Below, piece after piece: positions 1 through 13,500 of a DNA stretch of 64,000 nucleotides. This DNA is from Takakia lepidozioides (Eukaryota; Plantae; Bryophyta). A program made the position numbers and the translations under genes. The number at the start of each line of letters is the position of its first letter. Position 1 is the first letter of the stretch. Location: assembly GCA_030704615.1 (NCBI GenBank), contig CM060731.1, forward strand, positions 38,874,001 to 38,938,000. Direction: 5' to 3'. The notes beneath the pieces were generated by a model. The model made no database searches. It was not told where the DNA came from and worked only from the letters and a program-made list of their open reading frames with translations.

Positions 1-3000
1 AGCTTTTAAAGTGTACAGTAGTAGATTGCAACCGCATCGACTATACAAACTACTGCTATAACATCTCAACATGTAATATTATAATTAAATACACCTTGAG
101 CCTTGGACATATGAATCCGTCAAAAAAATCCTACAGGGAAGGTTTGTAGTTTGAAATCACCTCACACATAGAATTAAGACTCTCCCCCACAAGTAAGCAA
201 AATCAATCACAACTTGGAGACTATTGATTGATAGGTATCACTTCATCTCATATCATTTTTGTACTATTTTTATCCACTTCCAAACAATGATAATGATGGA
301 AACAATTTTGGCAATAATGATAAACTCTAATTCTGGAGCCAACACAAGCCAAATCTCTTGACCATTATCTGTCATGTGCATCCAGTGGTCTGCCTTATCC
401 TTATCCCTATAAAGCAGTAGACTGATGTACCAGATCAGATATCAAGGACCAGAAAGCTGCTTGCCTTTGTGCAACTAAAATTATACCGCACGTAAAATAA
501 ATTCACCCTGTAATAATATGAAAAAGGAGGGTTCCTAGGGTGGCTGTTTAGTTTTGAGAGCATTAGATTTATGGTAGAGAGGATAGGGAAAAGGCTTACA
601 AACCACTAATGGATTGGGTGGTATGTACAGTTTATTGAGCAACAACAGCAAGCACTCTGCCAATCTTGATATCATGTGCCAACCACAGCCAGGTGATTGA
701 CACCATCTCTTGAGTCTTGTCAGCAAAATCATGTCGTTTTGTTGATCAGGTCTGGTTAGGTCGTTCAAAACACCATGGTGGCAGAGATGACTAGTTCTTG
801 ATCCAGCAACCCACTACCTATCTTTACACTTGCAACTCGTTTGACGCCCTGTAAGAGGTTGACCCAGAATGGACTATTAAGGATGGCAAACCTAACCCCA
901 AGGCCTATGCAAGAAGATCATGTCAGTCAGACCTGCCTTTACGTGCAGTGACCGATCAAGCTGTGAATGAAGGTATGTCATGCTCAATGGCATGCCAATC
1001 CTCAAAGTTTACACAAGGTGATCAAAGCCTGCACGCAAAGAAGCTGACTTGATTTCTTGTGTGATAATTGTGCAATCATCGACGGGGAACTTCAGTACAG
1101 TATTTGGCTGAGACTGAAACTGAAAGGCAGCATGAGGGCTCTTTGTGGGTGTCTACATGCCAACAGAGGGAGCCCTTAGTGTGACGCTTATAAAGCCTTC
1201 AAGGAAGTTAACCTTGACTTGCTCCAAAATTTCATCAACACCTGGGGCAAAGGCAACCTGCTCGGAACCTATCATCCTGACCTTCATTTTCAATGGAAAG
1301 ATGGCATCCCCCCACAATGGGAAGTCCCCTAGTGATGGGGAGGAAGCCGACTTCAACTAGCATCATAAGAGAGCTAGAGACACAAGTTTAAGACTCAATT
1401 GAAATTCTAGTACCTACAAGCTTCTCTGCAAATGCCTCTCAAAGTTCCCTGCTCTTGTCTTGAGCTCCCTCCACAGTTATCTCACTCCCTAGATAGCTAC
1501 TCCTCTTTCCCTCACTCGATCTTCCCCTCCTCGGATACACTCGCTCACCACTACATCACTCCTCAAGCCCTTAATCCACCTCATCATCTGTCTCTGCTTC
1601 CATATCTCGATGCTCTGGTTCTTGTTTGTAGCTAGTTTGCTAGGGTTACACGAAAGTTCCCCCTCAGGTAAATCTCTCCGTTTATTTGAGCAAAATAAGT
1701 TTTTTTTTTATAAAAATGAGTAAAAGAGGACGGAGGCCCTTTTATTAATAATAAAAAGAGTCACATTTAGTGGAAAAGATAACCACTACTGAGGCCGTGA
1801 AGGCTAACCTTAAATGAATCACATTAATTTGCATATATGCCTATTTTGAATATGTGACATCCACAGTACACCCAGTGTTCTTTTTTTCACTTTTCCAAAG
1901 TTGTCACAAGGGCCACATGTAAATTCTACCCAGTGCCCATGTGGTGAGAATAACGAGGTGGCAGGGTTCGAAAAGTTGCTTGTATAGCAGGTCTCACATT
2001 TTAACAGGTCCACGTAGGAAAAATCCGGCTCCTGACATCTAACCATTGGCGCTTTCTAACGATTTTTTTTATTTTTAATCCCATAATTCCTTTGTAAAAG
2101 TAGCTGGCCCATTTTCCATGTCGAAATCTAGCGATTATTCACCAGATTTAAGAACATTGAGTACACCACAACATTTAATTTATACATCCCAAACATCACT
2201 ACTTCACGTTAGTGCTTTTTTACATTCCAAAATTTGATTCCAATCTTGGACAACTATCACATCTTCATAAGCGTATCCAAACCTCGGCATGTTAATGGCC
2301 TTGGCTACTCAACAATCTAGGTTATCCTCATCTTGCATAGATAACCAACACACAATGGTCCCATAACCTATTTCACAACAGTATATTGTCTTCTTTCATA
2401 AGGAAACTAATGAATTTTAGGTTAGAGAGATAAGAAGAAAGGAAAACTTGGATCTTGTCAAAGCAAACATAACTTGTGGTATCACCTCACTCCACATGAC
2501 TAATCTTTTCCATTTGGCAGGTGGACACGTTTCAGTTGCCCTAACCGGGACAATGTGGTTGCCCAACCCTCGAAAGTCCCTATGTACTAAGTTACACATT
2601 AAGTAACCGGTTGATCCAGTTACCTTGTTTTAGTAGTCGGATTGGTCATAATGGATGACATCCAATATACACCTAGGAGGCTTTGGAACCATGACCACTT
2701 CTAAGGCCGTCAGCTTGCGTCCGGCCTAACCTATAGGCCATCTGTTAGATGCAAGCTTCTAGAGATATAACAAATATTAGAAAAAAATCACTACTCACAC
2801 ATGAAAGTTTCTCCCCCTTTCATAACTGAGCTTTGCAAAATAAGAAGAAAGACTAGCAAACTAATCCCCTAGGCAATAATCTTCCCTTTGACATATATGC
2901 TAAATAAATAAATAAATTTATATTATCCTTAAAAAACTCAATGGGACAAAACCCATAAAGAAAAACATCTTACACAAAATACAAAGTGACATCTACCCTA

Positions 3001-3648
3001 TGTTGCATCTGTGGAGGCACGACACATGTTATCCCATGCTCATCGATAACACCTCAAAATTTCTTTGGGTTAAATATATGATTGATCTACTTTCAACCGT
3101 GATGCATGTCAAGTCGAACACAAGTTCCAAAGATCAGTCAAATAACGTACATGCTTGTCATGAGTTTCTATATTATGCCGAGGCAAAAGAACAAAGTTCA
3201 ATGGTTAAACAACAACTTATCAAGCAAAACTTAGAACCATCCATCTTGAGTTTGCATTTGTGAGCATACTACTTATCATGCTACAATCTGAGGCACAATA
3301 TTTGTCTTTCATTGAATTGATCGGAATACTTCTCACATTTATTGAAGTTCCTAGTTTGATTAATCGTATGATTTCATAAAGAAATTTGATTAAGCACATC
3401 GCAATCTATGGTACAAAAACTGAGCTCCACCCACTTGATCAAGTATTTGTAGTTATGCAAAGGTAGTTATGTCCTTTGGACCTGGCACTAAGTAGGCCCA
3501 CCGAATCCAATTACCCCACCCTTGCAAAAGCATGAATGAGAAAAGAAAATAATATACCTTGGAATCGATTAAAAAGACAATTCAGAGCAGACGGCAGCGC
3601 TACCCATAAACCAAATCAAGGTCAGATTGAAGAATTGTCTGTTTGCAG

Positions 3649-3778
3649 AGCATGGTGAGGGGTTGCAGGTTTTGCATTATGAAGAAGGTCAACAATATGA
3701 GGCACATTATGATTACTTTCATGATACGTTCAATACCAAGAATGGTGGGCAGCGTATTGCTACTGTACTTATGTACTT
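3649..3778 (+). pseudogene. Orphan exon of a prolyl 4-hydroxylase (2OG-Fe(II) dioxygenase)
   Basis: AG/GT-bounded 130-nt exon reads (E)HGEGLQVLHYEEGQQYEAHYDYFHDTFNTKNGGQRIATVLMY(L), the conserved plant P4H segment with the HxD iron ligands. No downstream P4H exon (SDVEEGGETVFP-like) is recognisable before QCR9. Confidence 0.8.
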
Positions 3779-4413
3779 GTAGGAACTTACCAGGAGCAAA
3801 TATCGGAAGTTACCAAGTTACCAAAAGTTACCATGATTTATCATAAGTTATCATGAGTTATCAAGTAACTACCAAATTACTGAGAGTAACTCATGAAACT
3901 GCTCAGGAAGCTTCATAGTGGAGGAAGCTTCTCAACAGACTTCCCTTGTTCGAGGAAGCTTCGCAGGAGACTTCCCTCGGTTGAGGAAGCTTCTCAGGAG
4001 ACTTCCCTTGGTAGGGTAAGCTTCTCAAGAGACTTCCCTTGGTCGATGAAGCTTCTCAAGAGACTTCCCTTGGCTGGGGAAGCTTCTTAGGAAACTTCCT
4101 AGCAGCCAGTATATATAGGAGGCGAGACTGGACACTCTTCAGTCTCGCCGACACAAGTTCAAGCCACTATTGTTCCCAGTTCCAGTACTCCAATCCAGTT
4201 TCTAGTACTCTAGTCCGGTTTCCAATATCTGATACTCCAATCCGGTTTCCAGTATTCCAAGACTCAAGCCCAGTTCCAGTATCTTGTACTCTTGTCTTTG
4301 TTATAAAGTTCATCTTGATTCCTACTTACCCATCGTGTATACGCCTACGGCGACCTTGGCTTCTTATCTAGTCTTGTACCTCTAGTCTGATCTTTTGTTT
4401 GTGCTTAGTTTTC
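3778..4413 (+). mobile_element. Putative solo LTR / LTR-like fragment
   Basis: Starts TGTAGG and contains GTTACCA-type short repeats, six ~31-bp tandem units, a TATATATAG box near 4110 and downstream CCAGTT repeats. Right end and TSD not resolved. Confidence 0.4.
3922..4100. repeat. Tandem repeat, ~6 x 31 bp (AGGAAGCTTCTCAGGAGACTTCCCTTGGTCG-like)
   Basis: Units directly visible, no unique spacers. Confidence 0.9.
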
Positions 4414-4497
4414 AAAGCGTATGGGCTCTGAGTACTGGGCCAGATTGGACAAGTACTTTGAGGCTGACCTGGTACACAATTAAGAAGCATCAAGGAT

Positions 4498-4524
4498 GGA
4501 GGAGGAGGAGGAGGAGGAGGAGGA
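4498..4524. repeat. (GGA)n microsatellite
   Basis: Run of GGA trinucleotides. Confidence 0.95.
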
Positions 4525-5327
4525 GAGGGGAGGGAACTCCAATGGGAAAAGAAAACCAAGACCACCTTCCAGATTCTTTTAGAGAGATCACAAGTAGAAA
4601 GGGGAGTGAGCTGGGTCCATCCAACTCCACTCCCCTAGATCAAACTGCAGTTCTTCTAGGGGGGCCGATAAAAACCAGAACAGGTCTGCATGATTAGCCC
4701 ATTGCATTTCCTGATCCTCCGGTGGCAGGGTTGACGTTTCCCTTATTGTCCAGCACTCTTATGTGGTATAGACTATGCATATCCAGCTCAGTATATCCCG
4801 GTACCAGCAGGGAGCCTTCTTGGTCCACTAAATTGTGCATAATACAAAATTAAATAATTATAGGGTGGATGAAAAAAAATAAAAATAAATAATACCCCCA
4901 TAGAAAATACCTCTTTATCGCACGTGATTCCCTAAACTATTAGAGAGTGACTTCCCCGAGTATCTAGTAAACAATGTCTTCAATATTGGAGGGGAGGGGG
5001 ATTTTTTACTAAAAATATTTTGTATACTACTATCTATTTTGTAAAAATCTAAAAACATTGGTTTAAAAACATTTCCATGGACTCAACATCTGCCATTTTT
5101 GGTCCACCCATTTGTGCAACTGCCCTCAATCACTCTCATTCTCCGATCATCCGATCTCATGTGATGGGTTAGGCATCGGATGAGAAAGGAATATAGAACA
5201 ACCCGGATGAAATACAGACATTGTTGGTTTCGTTAGTTGGTTGGTAACCGCTCCACAACATTTCTTTTTCTTGGGAACACGAGGCACAAGAAGAGATTCT
5301 GGTGTGGAAGGAGGGTGGGCAGCGGCC

Positions 5328-6517
5328 ATGGGCGAACCTGGAGGCATCGTGGATAGCCTCTATCGCGTGCTTTTTAAGAGAAACTCCGTGTACGTTGCTT
5401 TCATCTTTGGTGGCGCCATCATGGGAGAGCGAGTATGCCTCTCTCTCACAACTCGGTCCAAATCAACTTCGTTCCTATTTTTTTTTTCTCCTTTTCTCTC
5501 CCCGCCCACCCCACGGATTTCTCTCTCAAGTTTTTCCATGTGGCGGCTCTTGGTACATGGTGAAAAATGCAGTTCATTCATTCTACGTTTAGCAAATGAT
5601 CTTGTGCGTGATAACATAGCATCTTCTTGACACAATCTTGTATTGCTATGAAAGATGACTTCACATCCAAATTGGCATGAGAATACGTGTATGTCATTTT
5701 TCACTTTGGCATCGTCCATCTGTCGCAATAAAATGTTCCAAGCCCATGGGGATGTGGTTTAACTGCAAACACCTCCTCCTCAACTGGCTTGATCTTAAAA
5801 AAATTCTTCCTCCATATGTTGCCTATGGTACGGTGACCATAGCATCTGTGCATTACACCCTATGATGCAGTCGTGATCAAAATCACTGATATTCGATGCA
5901 CTCACAATTCTTGTTGAATAATGTGTCTGTTTCTTCTTCCTTATAAACAACCCTGCCAAATCAGTGACTTCATTCTCTCGGTAGCTTGCTCTTGGCACCT
6001 ACCTCACCACTTTAGCACTTTGGATTGATGCAGGTGGTGGATAACTTCATCAATAAGGTTTGGGAGATGAACAATGAAGGGGTATATCCGTCCCCAGTTT
6101 TTTCCAATTTATAATCTAGGAGGCAGGGGTACAACAAGTGTGTCTGCAAGGCACAATTGTCCAGCTGACCACTTTGATCGTCTTCCTTTCATGACTTGCC
6201 TCAGTGCATCTTTCTTGATTCTTCTGGGGATCGATCCAACGGGGGGTAACCTGCAGAAAAGAGGTCTTGCTTATTATTCCAGGTCCAACCCAAGTCATAT
6301 GTTGGGTGAGAAAGTAGTGAACTAATAGTGTGGGTCTCCTTGTTCTTTGGCATTTTTCACCTATTTTTTTCTCTCTCATATGCGCAAATTTTGTGGCAAC
6401 GGAGTGAGTGTGTGCATGAGAAATGTTGTTAGCATGTCTTGAAGCTCCCAATGTTCTGTTGTGCAGAAACGTTATGAAGATATCCCCACTCTCGGCTCCA
6501 AGGCTGTAGAAGAATAA
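5328..6517 (+). CDS. QCR9: Cytochrome b-c1 complex subunit 9, 67 aa; exons 5328-5432, 6034-6081, 6467-6517
   Basis: Spliced product MGEPGGIVDSLYRVLFKRNSVYVAFIFGGAIMGER-VVDNFINKVWEMNNEG-KRYEDIPTLGSKAVEE*. Two GT-AG phase-0 introns; LYR..RRNSVYV and N.GKRYEDI signatures of plant QCR9. Confidence 0.95.
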
Positions 6518-9500
6518 GCCTATCACAAGGCTTTATAGAAGAGGACCCAGGGAACAAAGACAATATTAGACCATCAAAATATAGGTCCCATAAAATAGAA
6601 AAAATCTCACAGCCTGGGTGGGTCCACAACTATATAGCTATTGTCAGTCCTACCATTTTCCTCCAATTTGGAGATTGGTGATGAATATGATGATGATAAT
6701 AATGTTGACGAGACCACCATTCTTATTGGATGGTCAATGCCGACCATGTGCCTTTATCAGTTGTGAAACCGAACTGTTTAGACTCTTGTAAAGCCAAGAT
6801 TCCAATTGGACTACTGAAGAGGTCTTAATTGCATCGAGTGTTGCAGGCTATTTTTGGTTTGTCCCAGTTTTGTTGGGTTCCATTCATGCATCCATTCCGA
6901 GTGCAAAGGAGGACCTCACAGAGATACCTAACATGCACAAAGATCCATGCAAACATTGGTTTGGATTATAACCGGCATGAAATGTGGATAGCATTTTGTC
7001 AATCAAATCAAATGAAACTAGACCATAAGTTATAGTTCACAAACTTAGCATCATCCACAACACACATTGGAGGAAGAAAATAATTGAAAGATTCCATGTC
7101 CTAGTTGTGGAGGCTCATGTTCTTCTAATTAAGCCTCTTGAAGCCTCTCTCACCTTCATAGCTTCTTCAGAAGAAGAGTGGGTGAGGATTGTATCGTGGA
7201 TTCCCTTATCAAGATGTTATTGGCTTGATTAATATTGGATTATAGAGTGAATTTACACTTGAAAGGTTTGAGGTTTGCTCCTTAGCATTTGTGTATTCTT
7301 TGTGCAATAAGGGTTTTCATTGCAGTCAGTTTTTGACGGTCCATTTGTTTCAAATTTTCTCACTCAATATAATAAGTCAAGCCAATGAAAATTGTTAAAA
7401 AAAATCCACCATACAATTCCCTGCATACACACTCTCTCAAGAACTAGAACCGTAGAAGTGAGAGAGACCTATAGAGGCGCGACTAGAGAAAACAAACTTC
7501 CATGATTACAGTGTAGGATTTACCAAGGGTCCCCTTATCCAAATGACAAGTCAAATGATTATCATTGGTACCTAAAGTCCAATAAAGGTAGATTTTTTTT
7601 CTTAATTTGCCAAATAAAATTGCCCAATAATATAAATAAACCCCACCAAAAGAGATAAGTATAATAATATGAAAGAACTTCCATTGAAGACCACCATGAT
7701 TGTATCTTCAAATCCTCAAGGTGCCAAGTGCATATTTTCTCAAATTATTTGTGTATCGATCTAATTGGTGAATACAATTTTTTCTTTCAAGTTTGAAACA
7801 AAAAATCACCACTACTCGGTAATTGAGTTGGATAATGCATTGAGTACCATCGAGATGATTCTAGTGCCATATGTCTAATCATAGTTAACTAGAATAGTCT
7901 TTATTTATTTCAAGTTAAGCTATTTATATTTTTGGTGTTGAGACCTAACCCCCAACTTCCAAGATGGGTGATTGCGATTGGTATGGTATGGTATGGTTAT
8001 GGGATAAAAAGATGAAGCGGCATGAAATTGTGTTAATGAATGTACCATAACTTTACACATTATGACCAAACATGTGCGGCACGGAAAATGGAAAAGCTGA
8101 TGATGTGTATTTGGGAAAATGAAAAACCTTGGAATGTGTACAATGCACATGAGACTGAACTATGACTTGCGTTGTTACGGAAGGTCAAGCTTTGCAACCA
8201 TTGCATATGTTGCAAAACTTAACAACCGACTTATAAAAGTAATGGGATTGTGTGTGGGCGGGGGGGGGGGTGACTGAGCAGCAAACCTACAAACTTTAGA
8301 GGCCTGAAGTATGAGGTGTTTTTAATAAGGATTCCATACTTATATCCTTGGATCAACGCTTCTTTTTTAGGCGAAATAGAGCCTAAAAGCAATAAAAAAC
8401 AAAGGGCTGCGATAGCCCTATGTAAAATCTTGGGAAAAAAACAAAAAATGCGCCAAAAAATAGGGGCGCGCGCACGGGTTGGTGCCAGAAAGCTCCAGGG
8501 GAACATGCGAGTTGCGCCAGAAATACACGTTCCCCACAGCCCTACATCTAGCGGCTGTCGCCCCATCGCGCGATCAACTGTAGAGATCTCGCCATGCATC
8601 ACGACCTGGACCATTGGATCGCCAGGGTTTTGGCCGCCCCCAGGGCAGGCCGTCACCACTGCGCGCAGCCCTACGGAGCTTCGCCATCGCCATCGCCATC
8701 TCTCCTCACAGCTTGTATTTCAAAATTTCGCCTAAGATCTTTATACTATAGCTTTTTTTAGGGTGGCCAGCTCAAGGAGTGGTGAATGCTTGACGACTAG
8801 AGGATTTGGGCGGCGTGGAATGGAGCAATTGAAGATCCCCAACACCTACATGAAGGTACAACATTCACCTCCACCTCCTTTTGCTTTATTGTGAATGCAT
8901 GAGCATGATTGGAATGTGTAAAGGGATGTGGCAAGATGCTGCTGGACACTATAGGAAGGAAATTACAATACATAAGGTCCTCAAACTAGTGTTCACTATA
9001 TATGAGTTGCAAGGTGTGTTTGTAGAGTGTTGTAGTGTGGGTGAGAGAGAGACCATTCTCTATGCTTTAGTGTGTGGAATCTATTGCAATGAGCCCCAAA
9101 ACCATGTCAAATTCTGCTGCAAAACAGAAGCCATTACCATTTTTCCTTGACAAGTACTTTATGAGGAAGTTCAAGGTCTTCATTAGTTCCTTCCATGCCA
9201 ACATCAGTGGTGTTAGTTTCAGATTCCTCTCAGGGCTCTCATGACACTGTACTTGTGTCTTCTGATACTCATGATAATGAGGAAGAGGCACCAGATTTGC
9301 AAGATAGTGTGCCTTTGAAGAAGGTGAAGCCTAACTATGATTTGACCAGGAAACTTCAAGTGTAGTGGGCAGCAAAGCTTCCATGAGCTGAGGGGGAGCT
9401 TGCAACAGATGGAACTCTTCACTTGGTGAGGTGCAAGGTGTGCTCTACTATCAACCAGTCACCCAAACTCATGGCTCCTAAGAGGGATACCCTCATGCTT

Positions 9501-9743
9501 GAGAAGAGCTGACAAAGACATGCATAAGTTCAAGGTAAAAAAAGGGGAGTGGACTTTAACCCTGATTGCAAGCACAAGAGAAATGCCTCTTTGTACTATG
9601 CTCATGGTCCTACAACTGTACTGGAGCAGGTAGTAATGCCAAACAAAGCTGAGAGGGATAGAAACAGGGTTCAATTTGCTACCCTACCTCTGTCCTACTC
9701 TCTCTGGTGGCCGTCCAATGACTGAGTATGAGAGGATGCAAAG

Positions 9744-10467
9744 TGTCGCGGCCCTTTGCCTTGAGGGCAGGGGGTCGGGACACATGAGGGGCTGCCCCTG
9801 TGGTGGGGGCAGCGGCAGCGATAGGTATGGGGGGCTGAAGCACCCTTGAGTGCCCAAGGCACTCAAGGAGGCGGAGGCGCTCACTAGGTGGAGCCCCGCA
9901 CACCGGGTTGCGGTGGAGGTGGCTCCACAAGGGGTGGTGGTAGCTTAGTGGGACTTAGTGGGGGTGGCATAGAACTCACCATGGGGTGGAGACCTCGAGG
10001 TGGGAGTCGTGGGGAGTCTTGGGACTCATCACGGTCCATTGGGGCCGCGGTGAGTGGGCCAAGACTCACCGCGACTCACCACCGGGAGTCGAGGGTTTTC
10101 GTGGTGGTTCGCCATAAAATGGCATGGCTGGTTATGAAACCCCCGCGGACAGCTACAGAAGTATATATAGGGAGTAGTAACCCCGAGAACGGTGCAAGCC
10201 CGTTGGTGACCAAAAACTAGTGAGTAAGCGAGCGAGCCGGAAAGCGACCAAAGAGTGGGGAGCTGTTCCGGACTGCCATCTACCAAAGGGAATTCTCCTA
10301 GTCCCAAATAGGTGGAGGGTTTAGAGGGAAGCGGAAGGGGACCGTTATGTCCCGGTGAGCAGCCGAAACTCCAAGTTGGCCCGGCGGCCAGGTTGGGAGT
10401 CAGGCGCGCGCATCAAAGCGAGTAACTATGACTTGAAGGGGAGTTTACCGAACTGAGGTGTGCGACA
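9744..10467 (+). repeat. 5' LTR (724 bp) of chromovirus
   Basis: Near-identical to 15985-16707; only a 1-bp indel seen by eye; TATATATAG box near 10162. Confidence 0.97.
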
Positions 10468-10469
10468 TT

Positions 10470-10481
10470 TGGTATCAGAGC
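10470..10481 (+). promoter_or_regulatory. Primer binding site, initiator tRNA-Met (TGGTATCAGAGC)
   Basis: Canonical sequence 2 nt after the 5' LTR. Confidence 0.95.
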
Positions 10482-10522
10482 TTAGAGTTCAGTACGCGAT
10501 CGTCCTTGGGATTGGCCTCATC

Positions 10523-13500
10523 ATGGGGTCGGGCAAGCCGAAGCGAAAGCGGAACGGCCCAAAAGATGATGATCCCGGTGAGCCCGATGGGGGCGACGTG
10601 TCACCGAGGCGGCCGTTTGAGGAAGCGATTAATGTTTCCGAAAACGAGGCCGCTCAGGAGCGGGAGGAATCCGAGGAGTCGGAGCCCGAGGAATCCTTGA
10701 GAGCTCCGACAAACCAAGAGATGCCTCCCATGCCGGCAGCCTTTTGGGAAGGGTTGTTGGCGCAGTTTGGCGGGACGTTGAAAGACGTGTTGAAGGCGGC
10801 TAATGCCACTTCCACCAAGGCAAAGTTTAAGGTGAAGCCTAAGGAACCCGGCACCTTCGAGGGCGTTCGAAACCGGAAGGCACTCAACACCTGGCTCCTG
10901 GAGCTAGAGCAGTACTTCCGGGCGGCCAAGTTGAGTGACGAGGATCGGGTGGAAGTGGCTCCCACCTATTTGAGGGGCTATGCTCAACAATGGTGGCAGA
11001 AACGCCTTCACGACCGAGGCCCAAGCCCGGAAACCTTGAACTGGAGTGAGTTCAAGGAATTGATGAAGAGACAGTTTGTGCCCCTCAACGCATCCTGGCT
11101 TGCCCGGGACAAGATGAGGAATTTGAAGCAAACAGATGACATTCGGGGGTATGTCCAGGCTTTCAATGTGCTGTTGCTCGAAGTCGCGGACATGGCAGAA
11201 CCAGAAATGGTCTTCAACTTTGTGGCGGGACTGGCCCCATGGGCTAGGCGGAAGTTGGAGGAGAAGCCACCCAAGACTTTGAACGAGGCAATTGAGAGAG
11301 CTGAATGTTTCTCGGATGTCCCTAGGGGTGAGAGACAAGGCCGTACGGAGCTGAACCACAAGAAGACCCGGCGGGAAGGTGACTCCCCGACCGGAAAAGA
11401 AGTGGGATAGGCCACGCGGCGAAAATGGCACGTGGAAATCGAAGGGAGGTCCTTCACACGTCAAGGCGGCACCCGGTGCTTCGAAAGGAAAAGCGGGTGG
11501 AGCGACTTATGGCGGACAGAAGGCGACCTTTGATGGAGTGTGTTTCAATTGCGGGGAGCCCGGGCACATGGCCAAGAAGTGCACGAAGCCCCGGCAATTG
11601 AACATGACTCGGGCGGCCACGGAGCTGTCGGAAGATACCATCAGTCGCTTGGTGGAAGCGGTGGTCGCCAGGACTTGCAAGGTAGGCAAATTTTCTTGTG
11701 AGTTGTATCAGGAAACTGGCGCCTTACGAAAAGGGAGTCAGTTATTGTTCGTGGATGGGATAATATCCGGAACTAATGTGTCGTTGTTGGTGGACACAGG
11801 AGCGTCGCACTCCTTCATGACGCCGGCGGCGGCGCGAAAGTTGGGACTCCCGACAAGTGACGTGGGGGCCTCTATTGAGGTGCGCTCTGCCAAAGGAGAA
11901 CCTCAGTTGGCGACAAGGTTGGCGTTTGATGTTCCTCTTCAACTGGGGAGTTGGGAGGGACGTGAGAACTTCACTATCTGCGAGATCGATGGAGTGGATC
12001 TCATTTTGGAATGACCTTTTTGAGCAAATCCGGAGCGGTCATAGATGGCCGCAAGAGAGTAGTCACGCTGCCATGTGGGAATGGTGGCGAGGTTTTACGA
12101 GTGTCGGAAACGCCCAAATCCGTGGGAGGGCGAATAAACCTTCTATCAGCAAAGGAGTGGGCCGTGGAGGAGACACACGAGTCCCAGTTTTTGCTTTACA
12201 TTAGAGAAGTGAAAGGAGAAGGCGATGGGGAGCCGAGCCCAGATTGGATCAAGGGGATTTTGGAGAAATACCAGGATGTGATGCCGGAGGATTTACCAAG
12301 CGGCTTGCCACCGCGAAGAGGAGTTGACCACAAAATTGAGGTGATACCGGGATCGGAACCACCTGCCAAGGCGCCCTACCGGTTGAGCCACAAGAGTTGG
12401 TCGAGCTGAAGACTCAGCTCAAAGATCTAATGTCAAAGGGGTACATCCGGCCGAGTAAGTCACCTTACGGAGCCCCGGTGCTATTTGCAGACAAGAAGGA
12501 TGGGACGCTGCGGATGTGTGTCGATTACAGGGCTCTGAATAAGGTGACTATCAAAAACCGGTACCCTTTGCCAAGGATCGACGACCTCTTCGATCGGTTG
12601 GCAGGAGCGAAGTATTTCAGCCGGATCGACTTGCGCTCCGGCTATCACAAATTCGGGTGGCGGAAGGAGATGAGGAGAAGACCGCGTGCAGGACAAGGTA
12701 TGGTTCATATGAGTTCTTGGTGATGCCCTTTGGGCTCACCAATGCACCAGCGACATTTAGCACGCTGATGAACAGCCTTTTCCAGGAGTGGTTGGATGAC
12801 TTTGTGATCGTGTACATCGACGACATCTTGGTGTACTCGAAAACAAAGGAGGAGCACCTGGAGCACCTCAAAAGGGTGTTCCAAAAATTGCGAGAAGGGA
12901 AGCTGTATGCCAAAGCTTCAAAGTGCGAATTCGGGGTCACAAAAGTGGAGTTCTTGGGGCACGTGATTACACAGGATGGGATCAAAATGGATGACAGAAA
13001 GGTGAGGGCGATCTTGGACTGGGAGCCTCCGACTTCGGTCCCGGGAGTGCGATCCTTCCTAGGACTCGCCTCCTATTACCGGAAGTATGTGAGAAATTTC
13101 GCCAAGATCGCGGGGCCGCTGTCGGACCTTCTGTGTAAATCCAAAGTCTGGGTATGGAACACATTTTGTGGCCAAGCTTTTGCTGAATTGAAGCAGCGGA
13201 TGACGGAAGCTCCAGTCTTAAAATCCCGGAGTTCGATCGTCCGTTTGAGATTCATACAGATGCATCGGACTTCGCAATTGGGGGTGTACTTATGCAAGAT
13301 GGACGTCCAGTGGCTTACGAAAGTAAGAAACTGAATGAAGTGGAGCGACGGTGGCCGACGCACGAAAAAGAGATGAAGGCGGTGGTACATTGCCTTGAAC
13401 TCTGGCGCCACTATGTTGGTTCCAACCCAGTGAAGGTGTTCACGGACAATGTCACGGTGAAGTATTTTGCCACGCAGCCCAAGTTGTCCCCAAAACAACT

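Noticed and set aside
240-1400. Possible degraded LINE or other TE coding remnant
   Set aside because: No diagnostic motif could be read in any frame.
3922-4100. 31-bp partly palindromic repeats as a CRISPR array
   Set aside because: Head-to-tail units without unique spacers, eukaryotic context, no cas genes.
5241-5630. 129-aa ORF as a gene
   Set aside because: It is QCR9 exon 1 read through into intron 1.
11379-11410. Programmed gag-pol ribosomal frameshift
   Set aside because: The shift lies upstream of the Gag Zn knuckle, lacks a clear slippery heptamer, and is one of several similar 1-nt shifts.
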